From Eledone cirrhosa (taxonomy: Eukaryota), in contig OZ024741.1 in the NCBI GenBank assembly GCA_964016885.1, forward strand, positions 293,942,001 through 294,006,000: DNA of 64,000 nucleotides, given 5' to 3'. Position numbers and translations under genes: made by a program. The notes beneath the pieces were generated by a model that ran no database searches, had not been told where the DNA came from, and was given only the letters and a program-made list of their open reading frames with translations. Shown here piece by piece: positions 1-12,890 of the stretch; the stretch's first letter is position 1, and each line of letters starts with the position of its first letter.

Positions 1-351
1 ACTGAATAACATCAATGCTAGTAGCCAGCTGGTATATGCATTAGGGAATTGAATTAAGAAATCTCATTTTATCTATAGCAGTTTATATTAAAAGGTAAAT
101 AATAGAAGAGTTGATAGAATTAAGACTAATAGAGAATGTTAATATGAATTTTGACAATCAAACGGAGATGGAGACAGGCGTTCAATCCTGGTAGTATTTA
201 TAATATGAAAATATATATATATATGACTCATGACTCATACACTATTCACTACCCTGACATTATTCTATGTACTATATATGCACCTTTGATGAGTTGTAGT
301 GCACCTGACCACTTTACACAATAGTTTCATTATTATTATTATTATTATATA

Positions 352-452
352 CGTGTGTGTGTGTGTGTATATATATATGAATATATATATATATGTGTGT
401 ATATATATGTATATATATATGTGTGTGTGTATATATATGTATATATATATGA

Positions 453-486
<34 letters not shown>

Positions 487-489
487 GTA

Positions 490-542
<53 letters not shown>

Positions 543-577
543 TTATATGTATATATATATATGTATATGTGTATATA

Positions 578-656
<79 letters not shown>

Positions 657-679
657 CTATATATATTTACATATATATA
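352..679. repeat. (TG)n/(TA)n compound microsatellite
   Basis: Directly visible dinucleotide run; source of spurious YI-rich ORFs. Confidence 0.95.
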
Positions 680-1868
680 TCATCATCATCATCACCGTTT
701 TACGTCCGTTCTTCCGTGCTAGCAAGGGTTAAACGGGTTGTACTGTTGTGGGCAGTGTCTGGTAGCTGACCATGCCTTGCTCATACAGGAACTGATTTTG
801 GCTTGCTTTCTACAGCTGTATGCCCTTCCTAACACCAACCTCATTTACAGTGAGTGCTAGGTGCTTTTTTTTACGTGGCGCCTACACTTCCACTTTACAG
901 TGTGGGCTGGGTGCTTTTTTGCCGTGGCACCTCCACGACCACTTTGCAGTGGGAGGGTGTGGGGGCATATTGTCTATCTGCTTCAGCTTGTACCCATGGG
1001 AGGTCGGGTACTCTGTATTACTGCGTGATGCCAGAGGTCACGGTCGTGTGTCATCGCCTTTGAGAGTTGTAATTGGGTAAGGTTGGCTTTTATCACCTCA
1101 TCCCAGGTCTTCTTGGGTCTCCCCACTCCGCGGCTTCCATTGACTTCTCGTGCTTTGCACCTTTTTATGCAGCTGTCATCCTTCATACGCATCACATGTC
1201 CATACCAACGCAACCGCCTCTCCTGCACACAGCATTTGATTCCTCTTATGCTCAGTCTCTCAATTTATGCTTTGCCGTTCGCGTATATTACTATTACACA
1301 TCCAACGGAACATGCAGGCTTCTTTCTAATCTACGTAAGTCTTCCACCTTCAGTGTCCAGGTCTCACTACCATGTAACATTGCTGTTCGTATACACGCAT
1401 CATACAGTCTGCCTTTCATTTTGAGGGAAAAGCCTTTTGCAGCTAGCAGTGGCAGTAGTTCCCTAAACTTCTTCCATCCCGTTCTTACCCTAGTTATTGT
1501 ACTTTCTGAACACCTACCTCCGCTGCTAATTTGGTCACCTAGGTAGCAGAAGCTGTCTACTGTTTCTACAGAGCCCTCCCACAGATTCGTGGTACTTGTT
1601 TCCTGTGGCTGTTTGCTGCTACATGTGAAGCCTACATTTTTAACTAAGCTTCCTGAGATCCCGCATCTCTTGTGTACCCATTTTTTGCATTTGGGTCAGA
1701 GAATAGAGTTTCTACCTACATCTTTCCTACATACTGAGCAAGGCCATTTCCCTGAGGGGATCTGGGTTCAGTTTTCTCGTCTACTTACAAGGACCTTAGT
1801 CTTTGTTAGGTTGACTTTGAGACCCTTTCTTTCTAGTCCCTGCTTCCAAGTTTGGAATTTCTTCTCTA
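680..1868 (-). mobile_element. RTE-clade LINE, subfamily B, 5'-truncated, degenerate
   Basis: Minus-strand ERRLRWYGHVMRM...GRPKKTW C-terminal motif, ~300-nt 3'UTR, (CAT)n tail on + strand; frameshifted; (TA)n on both sides. Confidence 0.92.
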
Positions 1869-1968
<100 letters not shown>

Positions 1969-2047
1969 GTATATATATATTTATATATATATATAGATAT
2001 GTATATATCTATATATATATATCCACATGCATTTACATATGTATATT

Positions 2048-2241
2048 ATCATCATCATCATCGTTTAACGTCCATCTTCCACGCCTGCATGGGTTTGGAC
2101 GGGAGTTTTCCCACTTGAGGCAAGATTTGCTGTCCTGCTCGTATAGGTCTGTCTGGCGGGTTTTCTACGGCTGGATGCCCTTCCTAACACTAACCACATT
2201 TACAGTGTGGACTGGGAGCTTTTTACTGTGTTACCTACACT
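2048..2241 (-). mobile_element. RTE subfamily C 3'UTR fragment
   Basis: Reverse complement matches the 3' end at 32200-32394; (CAT)n tail. Confidence 0.85.
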
Positions 2242-2424
2242 CAATTTATATATATATGTATATATATATAGTGTAGTAGAATATGGTTACTCATTTGCTC
2301 TTTTACCTGTTCCAGCCGCCGGCTGAGGCCATGCTGGGGCACTACTCTTACTGTTTCATCTGTTGAAAGAGCAAGAGCTCAGCAGTCAGCATCTTGACTG
2401 TTTATAATATATACACACACACAC

Positions 2425-2452
<28 letters not shown>

Positions 2453-2455
<3 letters not shown>

Positions 2456-3018
2456 AATCAGGAAAGAAGAGTGACACGGTTTGCTATACAAAAAAGGTTT
2501 TTAATCTCATTGCTGACAATTGTTTCTCTGAACTGGTAGGTCTAGAGATCGCTACCCGCTGGTTTTCACGTTATTCGATCACCAATACAAAGTTATAACC
2601 AGTCAATTCATCGGAGCTTGTGAGAATGAAAGGAAAATACAGGCATGGCTACTATATATAGTAGTAATGATTTCATTCTCACAAGCTCCAATGAATTGAC
2701 AGGTTATAACTTTGTATTGGTGATCGAATAACGTGAAAACAAGCGGGTAGCGATCTCTAGACCTACCAGTTCAGAGAAATAATTGTCAGCAATGAGATTA
2801 AAAACCTTTTTTGTTTAGCAAACCGTGTCACTCTTCTTTCCTGATTTATCATTACTCCAATTTTTTACAACATAGGAATTACAGCGTACTCGCAACATCA
2901 CTATGGAAACGCCTTGTTGAGTCAAACTTAGCCAAGCGTTGATATCATCCACTCCCCGGAGTACCATAACTGGACTACACTTAAGTGGACTACCTATAAC
3001 AATAATTTGTTACCCCGT
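2453..3018. mobile_element. Penelope-like inverted pLTR element (179-bp arms 2453-2631 / 2671-2849 plus tail) with variant hammerhead motif
   Basis: Near-perfect inverted repeat; minus strand of left arm reads gct-CCGATGA-long stem II-GAAAC-aatt-GTC-agc; flanked by (TA)n. Confidence 0.7.
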
Positions 3019-3045
3019 ATATATATATATATATATATATATAAT

Positions 3046-3580
3046 ATCAAGGTTTAGCAAATAGAGAAAAAGTTTTTAAATAAATTTTAAAAAGTTCGCT
3101 GTACTTACTATATGTACCTTTACCATGTGGTTTCAAATCACAAAATAAATGGATAATCCAAGCGGACTTCCATTGAGAAGGGGACTCTCATCAGAAGGTT
3201 CTCGCTTGGAGAATATAAAATTCCTGAGTTCAAATCACAAACTGACGCCATACAAAACTGTTCCCGGATGAGAGTGAATGAGGAAGGAACCAATGTCTAG
3301 TGCTGTGTGTAAAGACAGCAGGCAAGGGCGGACATGTCAATGTCCTGCCACTAGAAATAGCAGCAGTTCAAACGACCAAAATGTTTATTTTGAGATTTGA
3401 AACCGTACGGTAAAGGTACATATAGTAAGTACAGTGAATTTATTTTAAAACTTTTTCTCTATTTGCTAAACCTTGATTTTATACGTTCTGGCTCGTTAAT
3501 TTATTAACCTGCCATAGAACCACATTGGTATATGGTTGGATTATCCCTATATGTATTTTTTACACGTAGGAACACATACT

Positions 3581-3592
<12 letters not shown>
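3046..3592. mobile_element. Penelope-like inverted-repeat element (arms 3046-3149 / 3384-3477 plus tail)
   Basis: Inverted arms of ~95-100 bp, hammerhead core on the minus strand, (TA)n flanks. Confidence 0.7.
3116..3199 (-). ncRNA. Type I hammerhead ribozyme motif
   Basis: acctt-CTGATGA-(~50 nt)-GAAAC-cacatg-GTA-aaggt; stem I acctt/aaggt; the other arm has palindromic stem III accgtacggt. Confidence 0.68.
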
Positions 3593-3611
<19 letters not shown>

Positions 3612-3637
3612 TGATAGGGACTGGGGTCCAAATCATT

Positions 3638-3809
3638 CCACTGTAAAGTGGTCGTGTAGGCACCACAGCAAAAAAGCACCCACCACTCACTGTAAATGAG
3701 GTTGGTGTTAGGAAGGGCATCCAGCTGTAGAAATCAAGCCAGAATCAGTTCCCGTCCCACCCTTGCAAGCAGGGAAAAGGGGACGTAAAATGAAATGAAA
3801 TGAAATGAT
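3638..3809 (+). mobile_element. Short RTE chimera: B-type 3'UTR fused to A-type terminus, (TGAAA)n tail
   Basis: 3638-3752 matches the B 3'UTR; 3752-3790 matches the A terminus cccacccttgcaagcagggaaaa. Confidence 0.75.
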
Positions 3810-4573
3810 ATAAAATCATCATTTAACATACATATTTCTTTGCTAGCAAGCTATACATACATATACACACACACACACATATATATGTGTGCATTGTCAT
3901 ATTCAAACACATGTTTTTATCATAATGTTCATTTTTAGTTTTGTTATTTTATTTTTTAATCTACTTCCTCTAATTCTTATCGTGAGAATATCATATAATG
4001 TATACTCTGCATAAAATATAGGAATTACCATTATTTTCATGCTTGATGCTTATTACTGTCACAGAAAGATAAAATGTTTTCATTACTAATGCATACAGTT
4101 TAACTTTATTTTTTTCCTTTTAGTATTTTTTTGGTTTATATATATATATATATGTGTGTGTGTTTACTTTTTCAAGTTTTCATTGTTTCTGTGAGTCTGT
4201 ATGTTTGTTTTGTATATATCATCAATCATCACCATCATCATCATTTTAACGTCCACTTTCCCATTTAGCAAGTATTAGACAGGTCTACATAGACCAAGTC
4301 TGTACTGAATTGAAGCAACTGATCTCTCAGACAGGCCAAGGATCTATGTCTCACTTATGTATGGTTATGAGCATGAGTCCGACACCGTAACTATGAGGCC
4401 ACTATACACTCAGAACACATACATGTTAATATCTATAAAACCAAAGCTGTAGGTATAATTATATTCAGCATGAAATATTTAGTTAACCAACCGACAACTA
4501 TGCATTAAACTGATTGAAATACAGCAGGATTTTCTTACTTCACCATGTGTATGTGTATATATATATATATTAC

Positions 4574-4615
<42 letters not shown>

Positions 4616-4864
4616 CTGGTCGGTCAAGGTGAGGTGATATATATATATATCTGTGTGTGTGTGGGGGGGGGGGGGGAATAAAAAGTGAGTCTGTTTAGAA
4701 AGCTGTACAATGCAAGTGGGTTATATTTACCAAGGTAATAACTCTGAAGGGAATTGAGAGAGATGAAGTAGAAAGCATAAAGTGGGAGAAGGAGGAAAAT
4801 AAAAGAAAGGAATGACTGAAAGTTATTTTACCAATTTATTATTATTTTTATTATATAAATACAT

Positions 4865-6907
4865 ATCATCATCATCATCATCATCATCATTTTACGTCCG
4901 CTTTTCCCTGCTTGCAAGGGTGGGACGGGTCTTATTCAGCACAGCATCTCTCCACTCGTCATGGTCCCTCGTCATCTCCACCGTGAGCTTCAATGATCTG
5001 AGGTCTGTTCTCACCACCTCCGCCCATGTTTTTTGTGGTCTACCTCTACCACGTCTTCCTTCAACTGGCATTTCCTGGCACTTCTTCACCCATCGGTCAT
5101 CCTCCATGCGCATCACATGTCCATACCACCTCAGTCTCCTCTCCCGTACACTACATTCTATCCCTCTCAGACACAGTTTCTCTCTCAACACATTTATGCT
5201 GGGTCGTTCACGCACATTTACACTGCACATCCAACGGAGCATGCTTGCCTCATTTCTCTCCAGCCGTCGCATATCCTCTGCGGTTGCTGCCCATGTCTCA
5301 CTACCATGCAGCATCGCGCTCCTCACACAGGCATCATACAACCGGCCTTTCGTACGCAGGGAGAAACCCTTCTTCGTCAACAGAGGAAGCAGCTCCCTAA
5401 ACTTCTTCCAACCCGTCCTTATTCTAGATACTATGGCCTCGGAACACCCTCCTCCCATGCTAATCTGATCTCCTAGGTACCGGAAGCTATCCACCACTTC
5501 TATAGCGCCCTCTCGCATTTGAAAAATGTGTCTATCAGTGCGACTTCTACTGTCTAATTTCCCTGTACATCTACTGCATACATATTTCTCCCTACCTGTT
5601 AGTTTGCCTGCTATCCCGCTACATCTCTTGTGTACCCAGGACCTGCATTGTGTGCATTTTATAGAATTTATGCCAGTTCCTTTTCTGCATATCGAACATG
5701 GTCATTTCCCTGACGGAATCAGGGTTTTGTCCTCTTTTCTACTCATCAACACTTTTGTCTTAGCTAGATTTACTCTCAGTCCTCTTGCTTCCAACTGCTG
5801 TTTCCATAGCCGGAATTTATTCTCTAGCTCCTCTACTGATTCTGCCATAAGAGCCAGATCGTCAGCATAGAGAAATTCCCATGGACAGCCAGTCTTAAAC
5901 TCCTCTGTTATGGCTTGGAGGATTATAATGAACAAGAGCGAGCTGAGGACCGAACCCTGATGTACTCCTACTTGTATCTGGAATTCCTCACTAAACTCCA
6001 TTCCTACCCTGACTTTACTGAGAGTACCTCTGTACAAAGTTTGCACTGTCCTCACAAGCCATTCCTCAACACCTAGCTTCCTTAGGGACCACCAGATGAC
6101 AGATCGGGGTACCCTATCAAACGCCTTCTCTAGGTCAACAAAGGCTAAGTATAGTGGCTTATTCTTCTCTAAGAACCTCTCTTGCATTTGTCTCACCAAG
6201 AAGAGGGCATCTGTTGTACTCTTCCCAGACACAAAACCAAACTGCATCTCATCTAGTTTGACCCTTTCTCTAATTAGTTGTGCTAAAATCCTTTCTGCCA
6301 CTTTTATAACCTGATCTATCAGTTTTATACCCCTATAATTGCTCCTCTCCAAAGCATCCCCTTTACCTTTGTAGCAATTTATGAGAATACTGCTGCACCA
6401 GTCTTTGGGTATGACACCACCATATATAGCCTGATTGATGATGCGTGCAACCAGTTTAGTGCCTACGTCCCCTGATGCCTTCAGCATCTCAGCAACTATT
6501 CCCGATGGTCCGGCCGCCTTACCATTTTTCATTTCCCTAATCGCCTCTTGGACCCTATATTCGTCAATCTCAATAGCTGGTCCCTCTGTCGGATCTACCA
6601 AGGGTAATTTCTCTCTCTCCCATTCGTTCTCCACATTCATCAGTCTCTCATAATGACATTTCCAGGCCTCCTTTTTCTGGTCATTCGTGACACTAAGTAC
6701 ACCGGCATCATCCCGGACACATTTATCACCAACAACATCCTGATTTGCATTGACACACTGCCTTGCAATGTGGAACACCGCACGCCTCTGATCTTCCCGT
6801 CGCAGAACATTGGCAAACCTCCTACTCTCTGCCTCCCTGCGTGCTAAGTACACCTGACGTCTAGCTTCTCTCTTAGTGGCTGTATATTCTTCCCTACTCC
6901 CACCCTT
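4865..6907 (-). mobile_element. RTE LINE subfamily A, 5'-truncated; RT ORF with one nonsense codon
   Basis: ORFs 5702-6853 and 4892-5518 are one frame broken by TGA at 5702-5704 (W codon in other copies); motifs [31 protein letters not shown]; stop abuts the (TGA)n tail. Confidence 0.95.
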
Positions 6908-6976
6908 TTATATATTTATATATAATCCACTTTTCTCCATTTCCAGGGATTTCTATGTCCAACTTATTATACTATA

Positions 6977-8246
6977 TTAGGATTAGCAATGAGTATAGCG
7001 AAGAATTTAGCGTACAGGTTGGGGTCCACCAGGGCTCTGTTCTTAGCCCCCTCCTGTTCATCATAGTCCTGCAGGCAATAACGGAGGAGTTTAAGACCGG
7101 ATGCCCATGGGAATTCCTGTATGCTGATGACCTTGCACTTATAGCTGAATCTATGGTAGAACTAGAGAAGAAATTCCAAACTTGGAAGCAGGGACTAGAA
7201 AGAAAGGGTCTCAAAGTCAACATGACAAAGACTAAGGTCCTTGTAAGTAGACGAGAAAACAGAACACAGATCCCCTCAGGGAAATGGCCTTGCTCAGTAT
7301 GTAGGAAAGGTGTAGGTAGGAACTCCATTCTCTGCCCCAAATGTAAACAATGGGTACACGAGATGTAGCGGGATCTCAGGAAGCTTAATTAAGAATGTAG
7401 GCTTCACATGTAGCAGCTGTGCTGGGACAGCAAGCAGCAAACAGCCACAGGAATCAAGTACCACGAATCTAAGGGGAGGGCTCTGTATAAACAATAGACA
7501 GCTTCTGCTACCTAGGTACCGAATTAGCAGCGGAGGTGGGTGTTCAGAAAGTACAATAACTAGGGTAAGAACGGGATGGAAGAAGTTTAGGGAACTACTA
7601 CCACTGCTAGCTGCAAAAGGCTTCTCCCTCAAAATGAAAGGCAGACTGTATCCGAACAGCGATGGTGCATGGTAGTGAGACCTGGACGCTGAAGGTGGAA
7701 GACTTACGTAGATTAGAGAGAAACGAAGCCTGCATGCTCCGATCGATGTGTAATAGTAATATACGCGAACGACAAAGCATAAATGAATTGAGAGACTGAG
7801 CATAAGAGGTGTGTGCAGGAGAATGTGCACAAATGCTGTGTGCAGGAGAAATGAGGCAAGCTTGCTCCGTTGGATGTGCAATTTCAATGTGTGTGAACGA
7901 CCCAGCATGGATGTGTTGAGAGAGAAACTGTGTCTGAGAGGGATAGAATGTAGTATGCGGGAGAGAAGACTGCGATGGTATGGATCTGTGATGCGCATGG
8001 AGGATGACTGCTGGGTAAAGAAGTGCCAAGAAATCCCAGTAGAAGGAAGACGCAGTAGAGGAAGACCACGAAAAACATGGGCGGATGTGGTGAGAGCAGA
8101 CCTCAGATCGCTGAAGCTCACAGAGAGAGATGACGAAGGACTGTGACAAGTGGAGAGATGGTGTGCCGAAGAAGACCTGTCCCACCCTTGCAAGCAGGGA
8201 AAAGCAGACGTAAAATGATGATAATGATGATGATGATGATGATGAT
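6977..8246 (+). mobile_element. RTE chimera: subfamily B body (6977-~7810) joined to subfamily A 3' end (~7845-8246)
   Basis: First part nearly identical to reverse complement of ~14030-14868; second part matches reverse complement of 4890-5260; YADD at ~7120; (TGA)n tail. Confidence 0.88.
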
Positions 8247-8278
8247 TATATATTATATATATTATATATTATATATAT

Positions 8279-8516
8279 TGTTATATTTGGGGAGGGTCAT
8301 ATTTGCGTAATATTGCCAGAATTAATAACAGAACACACTCACTGTTTGGTTGGTTTTCGCTTCTCGCTGTCTTTTATATATATATATCTGCGATCTAGCT
8401 TACTCGGTCCTCAATGTTGCCATTGACTGACCGGCGGTCAAAAATAATACAGATACAATATAGACAAACACATATATATATAGTTTACATAAATCTTTCG
8501 TTGCACATCTGCAACA
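8279..8516. repeat. Unclassified dispersed repeat, LTR-like termini (TGTT...AACA); second copy at 34437-34836
   Basis: Shares tgttatatttggggagggtcatatt, acacactcactgttt and cattgactgacc blocks with the 34.4-kb copy; no TSD found. Confidence 0.45.
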
Positions 8517-8761
8517 TCGTCAGTGGTGTTATATTCATTGTTCCTCCTGTTGTGTTGTATGTCTACGCCATTTTTTTTGTTCAGTCTGTCTATATATTTA
8601 TTTATTTATTTGCTTGTTTGTTTATCTTATTTTATTTTGTCTTCTTTGCGCATGCGTTTGCGTGTGTGTATAGTGTTATGTGTGATGTGTGATGTGTGAC
8701 TAGTGTGTATAGTGTTGTCTGCTGGGTGACTAGTGTGTGTTTATGTGCTTGTGTATATATA

Positions 8762-8814
<53 letters not shown>

Positions 8815-8817
<3 letters not shown>

Positions 8818-9289
8818 TGGCGAAGAGTAACCTGGAAAGCAGGGCATACAGTCCAATCACCATGGCGGTAAGTGGGGCTGCGCAGCCTTCCCCCCCCCCT
8901 CCCATTCCTTCTAAATGACCCTGCCGGTCAAAGCCGCATGTAGTGTTATCTAGTATGTGTCTGTGTGTGTTATTTTTTTATGTGTCAACGATTTAGTAAG
9001 AGTCAAAATTCTGCTTGCCCCAAAGCTGTCGTGTGTTTGTGTGTATGTGTGTGTGTGTATGTGTGTTATCTTTTTATGCGTCTACGATTTAGTAAGAGTC
9101 AAAATTCTGCTTGCCCCAAGGCTGTCGTGTGTTTGTGTGTATGTGTGTGTGTCTGTGTTATCTTTTTTTGTGTCTATACGTTTTAGTAAGCAGCCAAAAT
9201 TCTTCTTGCTTCAACCGATGCAATTGATCAACTCAAGATTCTATAATGCATGCACTGCATGTGTTGCATGCACGGACCCTTCACCCCTG
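8815..9289. mobile_element. hAT-type MITE, copy 1
   Basis: Imperfect 14-bp TIRs (CAGTGGCGAAGAGT / ACCCTTCACCCCTG); ATATATAT on both sides; internal ~85-95-bp tandem units. Confidence 0.8.
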
Positions 9290-10855
9290 ATATATATATA
9301 TATACATAATATATATATTATATATTATATATATATGTATTAGCAAGACATGGTCATCTGACCTTGTTTGTCTTTCAACATGACAGCTTGTCTAGCATTG
9401 AAAATGGACATTAAATGGTGATGATGATAATGATATATATATATATATATTCTGTCAACATTACTAGATCATTAATGAACCATCAACTTGCAGTTAGATG
9501 TCATTGTTTCCATCTTACACATTTCCTTCCTTCCTTCTAAAGTTGGAGATACAACATAGATGTCACGTATTTGAAAGACAGTTTGATAGTTACAACTGTC
9601 AATGGACAAGGGCATGACTCTGACTAATAACTCATTACAGACTGGAAAGATCTTCTAGCTCCATCTCAGCATATCTTGTTAGTATGTAGTGTAACAATAT
9701 GTTAACATGATAGTTCTCTTGTGTCGTTAGTGACTATCTGAGATTTGCAAGGAAAAATACAGAAACAGAATGTAAAACGGCTGAAAGCCTACTCCATACA
9801 AGTACATCACATCAAGCTAAATGCCTGTATTAAATGAACCACCCTACTACAACTTGCAGGTTTATCTTAAATTATTCTACTTATTATATAATTAGTGATT
9901 TGTCTTGTTAAGAAGATATACAACTGTAACTTTAAATTTACATTTCATTTCCCTTGTACTGTGTTATCCATTTTCTCCAGTTCATGATGAAATGTTCTGA
10001 TTAGCTATTGTAAACATATGGAAGTTAAATGACATAGTGAAGTCTTTATTAGGCAAAGTAGTCGAGTTGTCTTGTAATAATTGTTCTGGTTTTCAGTGCT
10101 TTCATTTCAAATCCTGCTTATGTAAACTTTGTTTTCTATATTCTCTGAGGTGATTTGTTCTGGTCTTTTGCACAATGTGTTCAAATATTACCAAGGTCAG
10201 CTATTTTTTCACATTTGTAATAAAGTAACAGTCTTGGGTGGTAGATTGGCAGAACTGACAACATCATATACAATGCCTTATGTTTGTAGTTCTAGTTCTT
10301 TGCATTCTGTGTTTTTGGGTGCCTGACTTAATCTGTCACCTAGTTTATTTGTGCTCTAAGAGTCAAAATCCTGCTAAAGAACTTCACATTTCAGATTTTC
10401 AAGGACATTAAATAACATACCATTTACAGGAATTCAAAGCCTACTGATGTTCAGGGCTAATTCCCCTTACCATAAGATCATTGTCTCTCACACACTCCCC
10501 CTCATTGTCTCTATCCACCCTCTCTCATCTACTGCCCCTCTCTGTCTCTATCCACCCTCTCTCATTCACTTCCAGTCTCTCACATTCTCCCTCTCCATGC
10601 TCTGAAACTCTCCTTTTCATTTTTCTTCTTCTTACATACATACACACGCATACATACACACATACATACACACAGAGAAACACTCACACAGACACACATA
10701 AATGTACTGCTTTTCTTCTTTCTATTTCTCTTTAATTTGAATCATGCTCGTCATTGATGATGATGATGATAAAAATAAAATCGCAGCAACAATTACAACA
10801 ACAACAATAGCAGCAATCAAACTGTCTCTGTCTGCATTTAGACATTATTATATTT

Positions 10856-11035
10856 GAATTGGCAGTATCAGTAGAGTTTGGACGCCATGCTTTCTAGCAT
10901 AGTTACGTCCCTTTACGGTTTGAGTTCAAATCCCATCGAGGTTAACTTTGCCTTTCATCCTTATGGGGTCGATAAAATAAAGTACCAGTAGTGTACTGGG
11001 TAATTGCTGGTCTTGTGCCAAAAGTAGAAACAATT
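10856..11035 (+). mobile_element. tRNA-derived SINE family 1 (Deu/Nin-like central domain)
   Basis: A-box tggcagtatcagt, B-box gagttcaaatcc, central gcctttcatccttatggggtcgataaaataaagtacc; multiple copies in window. Confidence 0.85.
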
Positions 11036-11082
11036 ATATTTATATAGATTGCTTTCTATAGCAATAGAAGTGCATGGATGTG

Positions 11083-11113
<31 letters not shown>

Positions 11114-11203
11114 GAATATGAATGTACGTATATATATTTATATATATATATATACATACACATATATACACATATATATTCATATATCTGTACACACACA
11201 CAG

Positions 11204-11230
<27 letters not shown>

Positions 11231-11234
<4 letters not shown>

Positions 11235-11578
11235 TTATTTCTGAAGACGGCATATATATGTGTTGGTATGTATATTTAATTTTGATAGTTTGTATAATTT
11301 TGTATAATTTTGTACATAGATCTGTTGAATATGCATGCCAATTCTAACACATATATATCCTAGAAACGATCGTTAAATAATGAACTTTTTTTGTTTAATA
11401 TAAGGAACTGTTTCATTGTTTTATTCATTATTTTTTTAATATTTTATCTTGACTCTGTATTCCGTTTATCTTTCACCGAAAGTGATTTTTCATTGCATCT
11501 CTTCTTTCCATGATATCCGGATTACATTGAGTTCTTCATACGGATTGGACACTACCGTAAACTCTTGGTAGATTTATC

Positions 11579-11581
<3 letters not shown>
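11231..11581 (+). mobile_element. Penelope-like pLTR fragment with hammerhead
   Basis: Between (TA)n tracts; rearranged homolog at 57380-57520. Confidence 0.7.
11235..11380 (+). ncRNA. Type I hammerhead motif with ~115-nt stem II
   Basis: ttattt-CTGAAGA-...atatatatgtgtt...aacacatatatat...-GAAAC-gatc-GTT-aaataa; stem I ttattt/aaataa; palindromic stem III aacgatcgtt. Confidence 0.72.
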
Positions 11582-11640
<59 letters not shown>

Positions 11641-12180
11641 CATTCATATTCATATATGTATATAGATGAGTATGGGGTATGTATATAGATATTTTTGTCT
11701 CTTCTACCCAGAATAATAATAATAATGGAGTTATTGAATCTTACATTGTCCAATATAGTTTGCCGCCAATAAAATACAGAGAGTATCTGATCTGGTGCTG
11801 AGGATATAAGTTATACTGATCATTTTAGAATTAAACAAATAAATAGAACAACAACAATAGCAATAGCAAATATGTCTAAAGTGCTTAAAAATCTACATTT
11901 TCACTCTATCAATCTCTCTCTATATATATGTACATGTGCACTTGTGCAGGCTTCTTACATGCCTGTGTGTATTATACATATATATATGTGTATGTATATG
12001 TGAGCCTATGTATACATATATACATATATATATATATAATGTGTATGTGTGTCTATATATATATATATGTGTGTGTGTATGTATGCTTTCTTTATTTATT
12101 TCACTGTTTTTTACTTTTTTTTCTCCCCTCTACAATCACTCAATTATTTCTTTACAAAAATGTTGTCTTTTCAGTTTAGA

Positions 12181-12285
<105 letters not shown>

Positions 12286-12623
12286 CTATGTGTCATGATT
12301 ATCATCACCATCATCATTTTATGGCTTTTTTTACCATACTTTTACGAGTTGGATGAATTTTATCTAATGCAGAGTTGTACCACTTGTTGCTGCCTATATC
12401 ATCTTTTTACGAAGGTTCAGCCTATCAAGATCCGCATTCACAACTTCTAATATCTTCCTCCTTTCGGCAGATTCTAACCAATTTTATCTCACAGCCATTC
12501 TTCTCTGGTCTTCTCCTGAACAAAAAACTCCCTGTTTTGCCAGTACATCTAATAACATTCTAAAGTTTTTCCGCCTTGCTTTTGCTCTGGTTACTATACT
12601 TTCAGAAAACCCACCACCACTAG

Positions 12624-12671
<48 letters not shown>

Positions 12672-12675
<4 letters not shown>

Positions 12676-12890
12676 TCATCACCATCATCATCATCACCGT
12701 TTTACGTCCATTCTTCCACACTAGCATGGGTTAGAGGGGTTGTCCTGTTGTGGGCAGTGTCTGGTCGGCTGACCATGCCTTGCTCATACAGGAACTGATT
12801 TGGCTTGATTTCTACAGCTGGATGCCCTTCCTAACACCAACCTCATTTACAGTGAGTACTGGGTGATTTTTCGTGGCGCCTACACGTCCA
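12672..12890 (-). mobile_element. RTE subfamily B 3'UTR fragment
   Basis: Matches 680-890; (CAT)n tail. Confidence 0.88.

Noticed and set aside
299-769. Long YI/CV/HT-rich ORFs (also 45.3-46.3 kb, 53.2-54.1 kb, 55.8-56.4 kb)
   Set aside because: Translations of stop-free dinucleotide microsatellites, not genes.
4812-5468. Antisense ORFs over RTE copies (e.g. 218 aa, 299 aa, 185 aa)
   Set aside because: Shadow frames of the RT coding strand; boundaries are inconsistent among copies.
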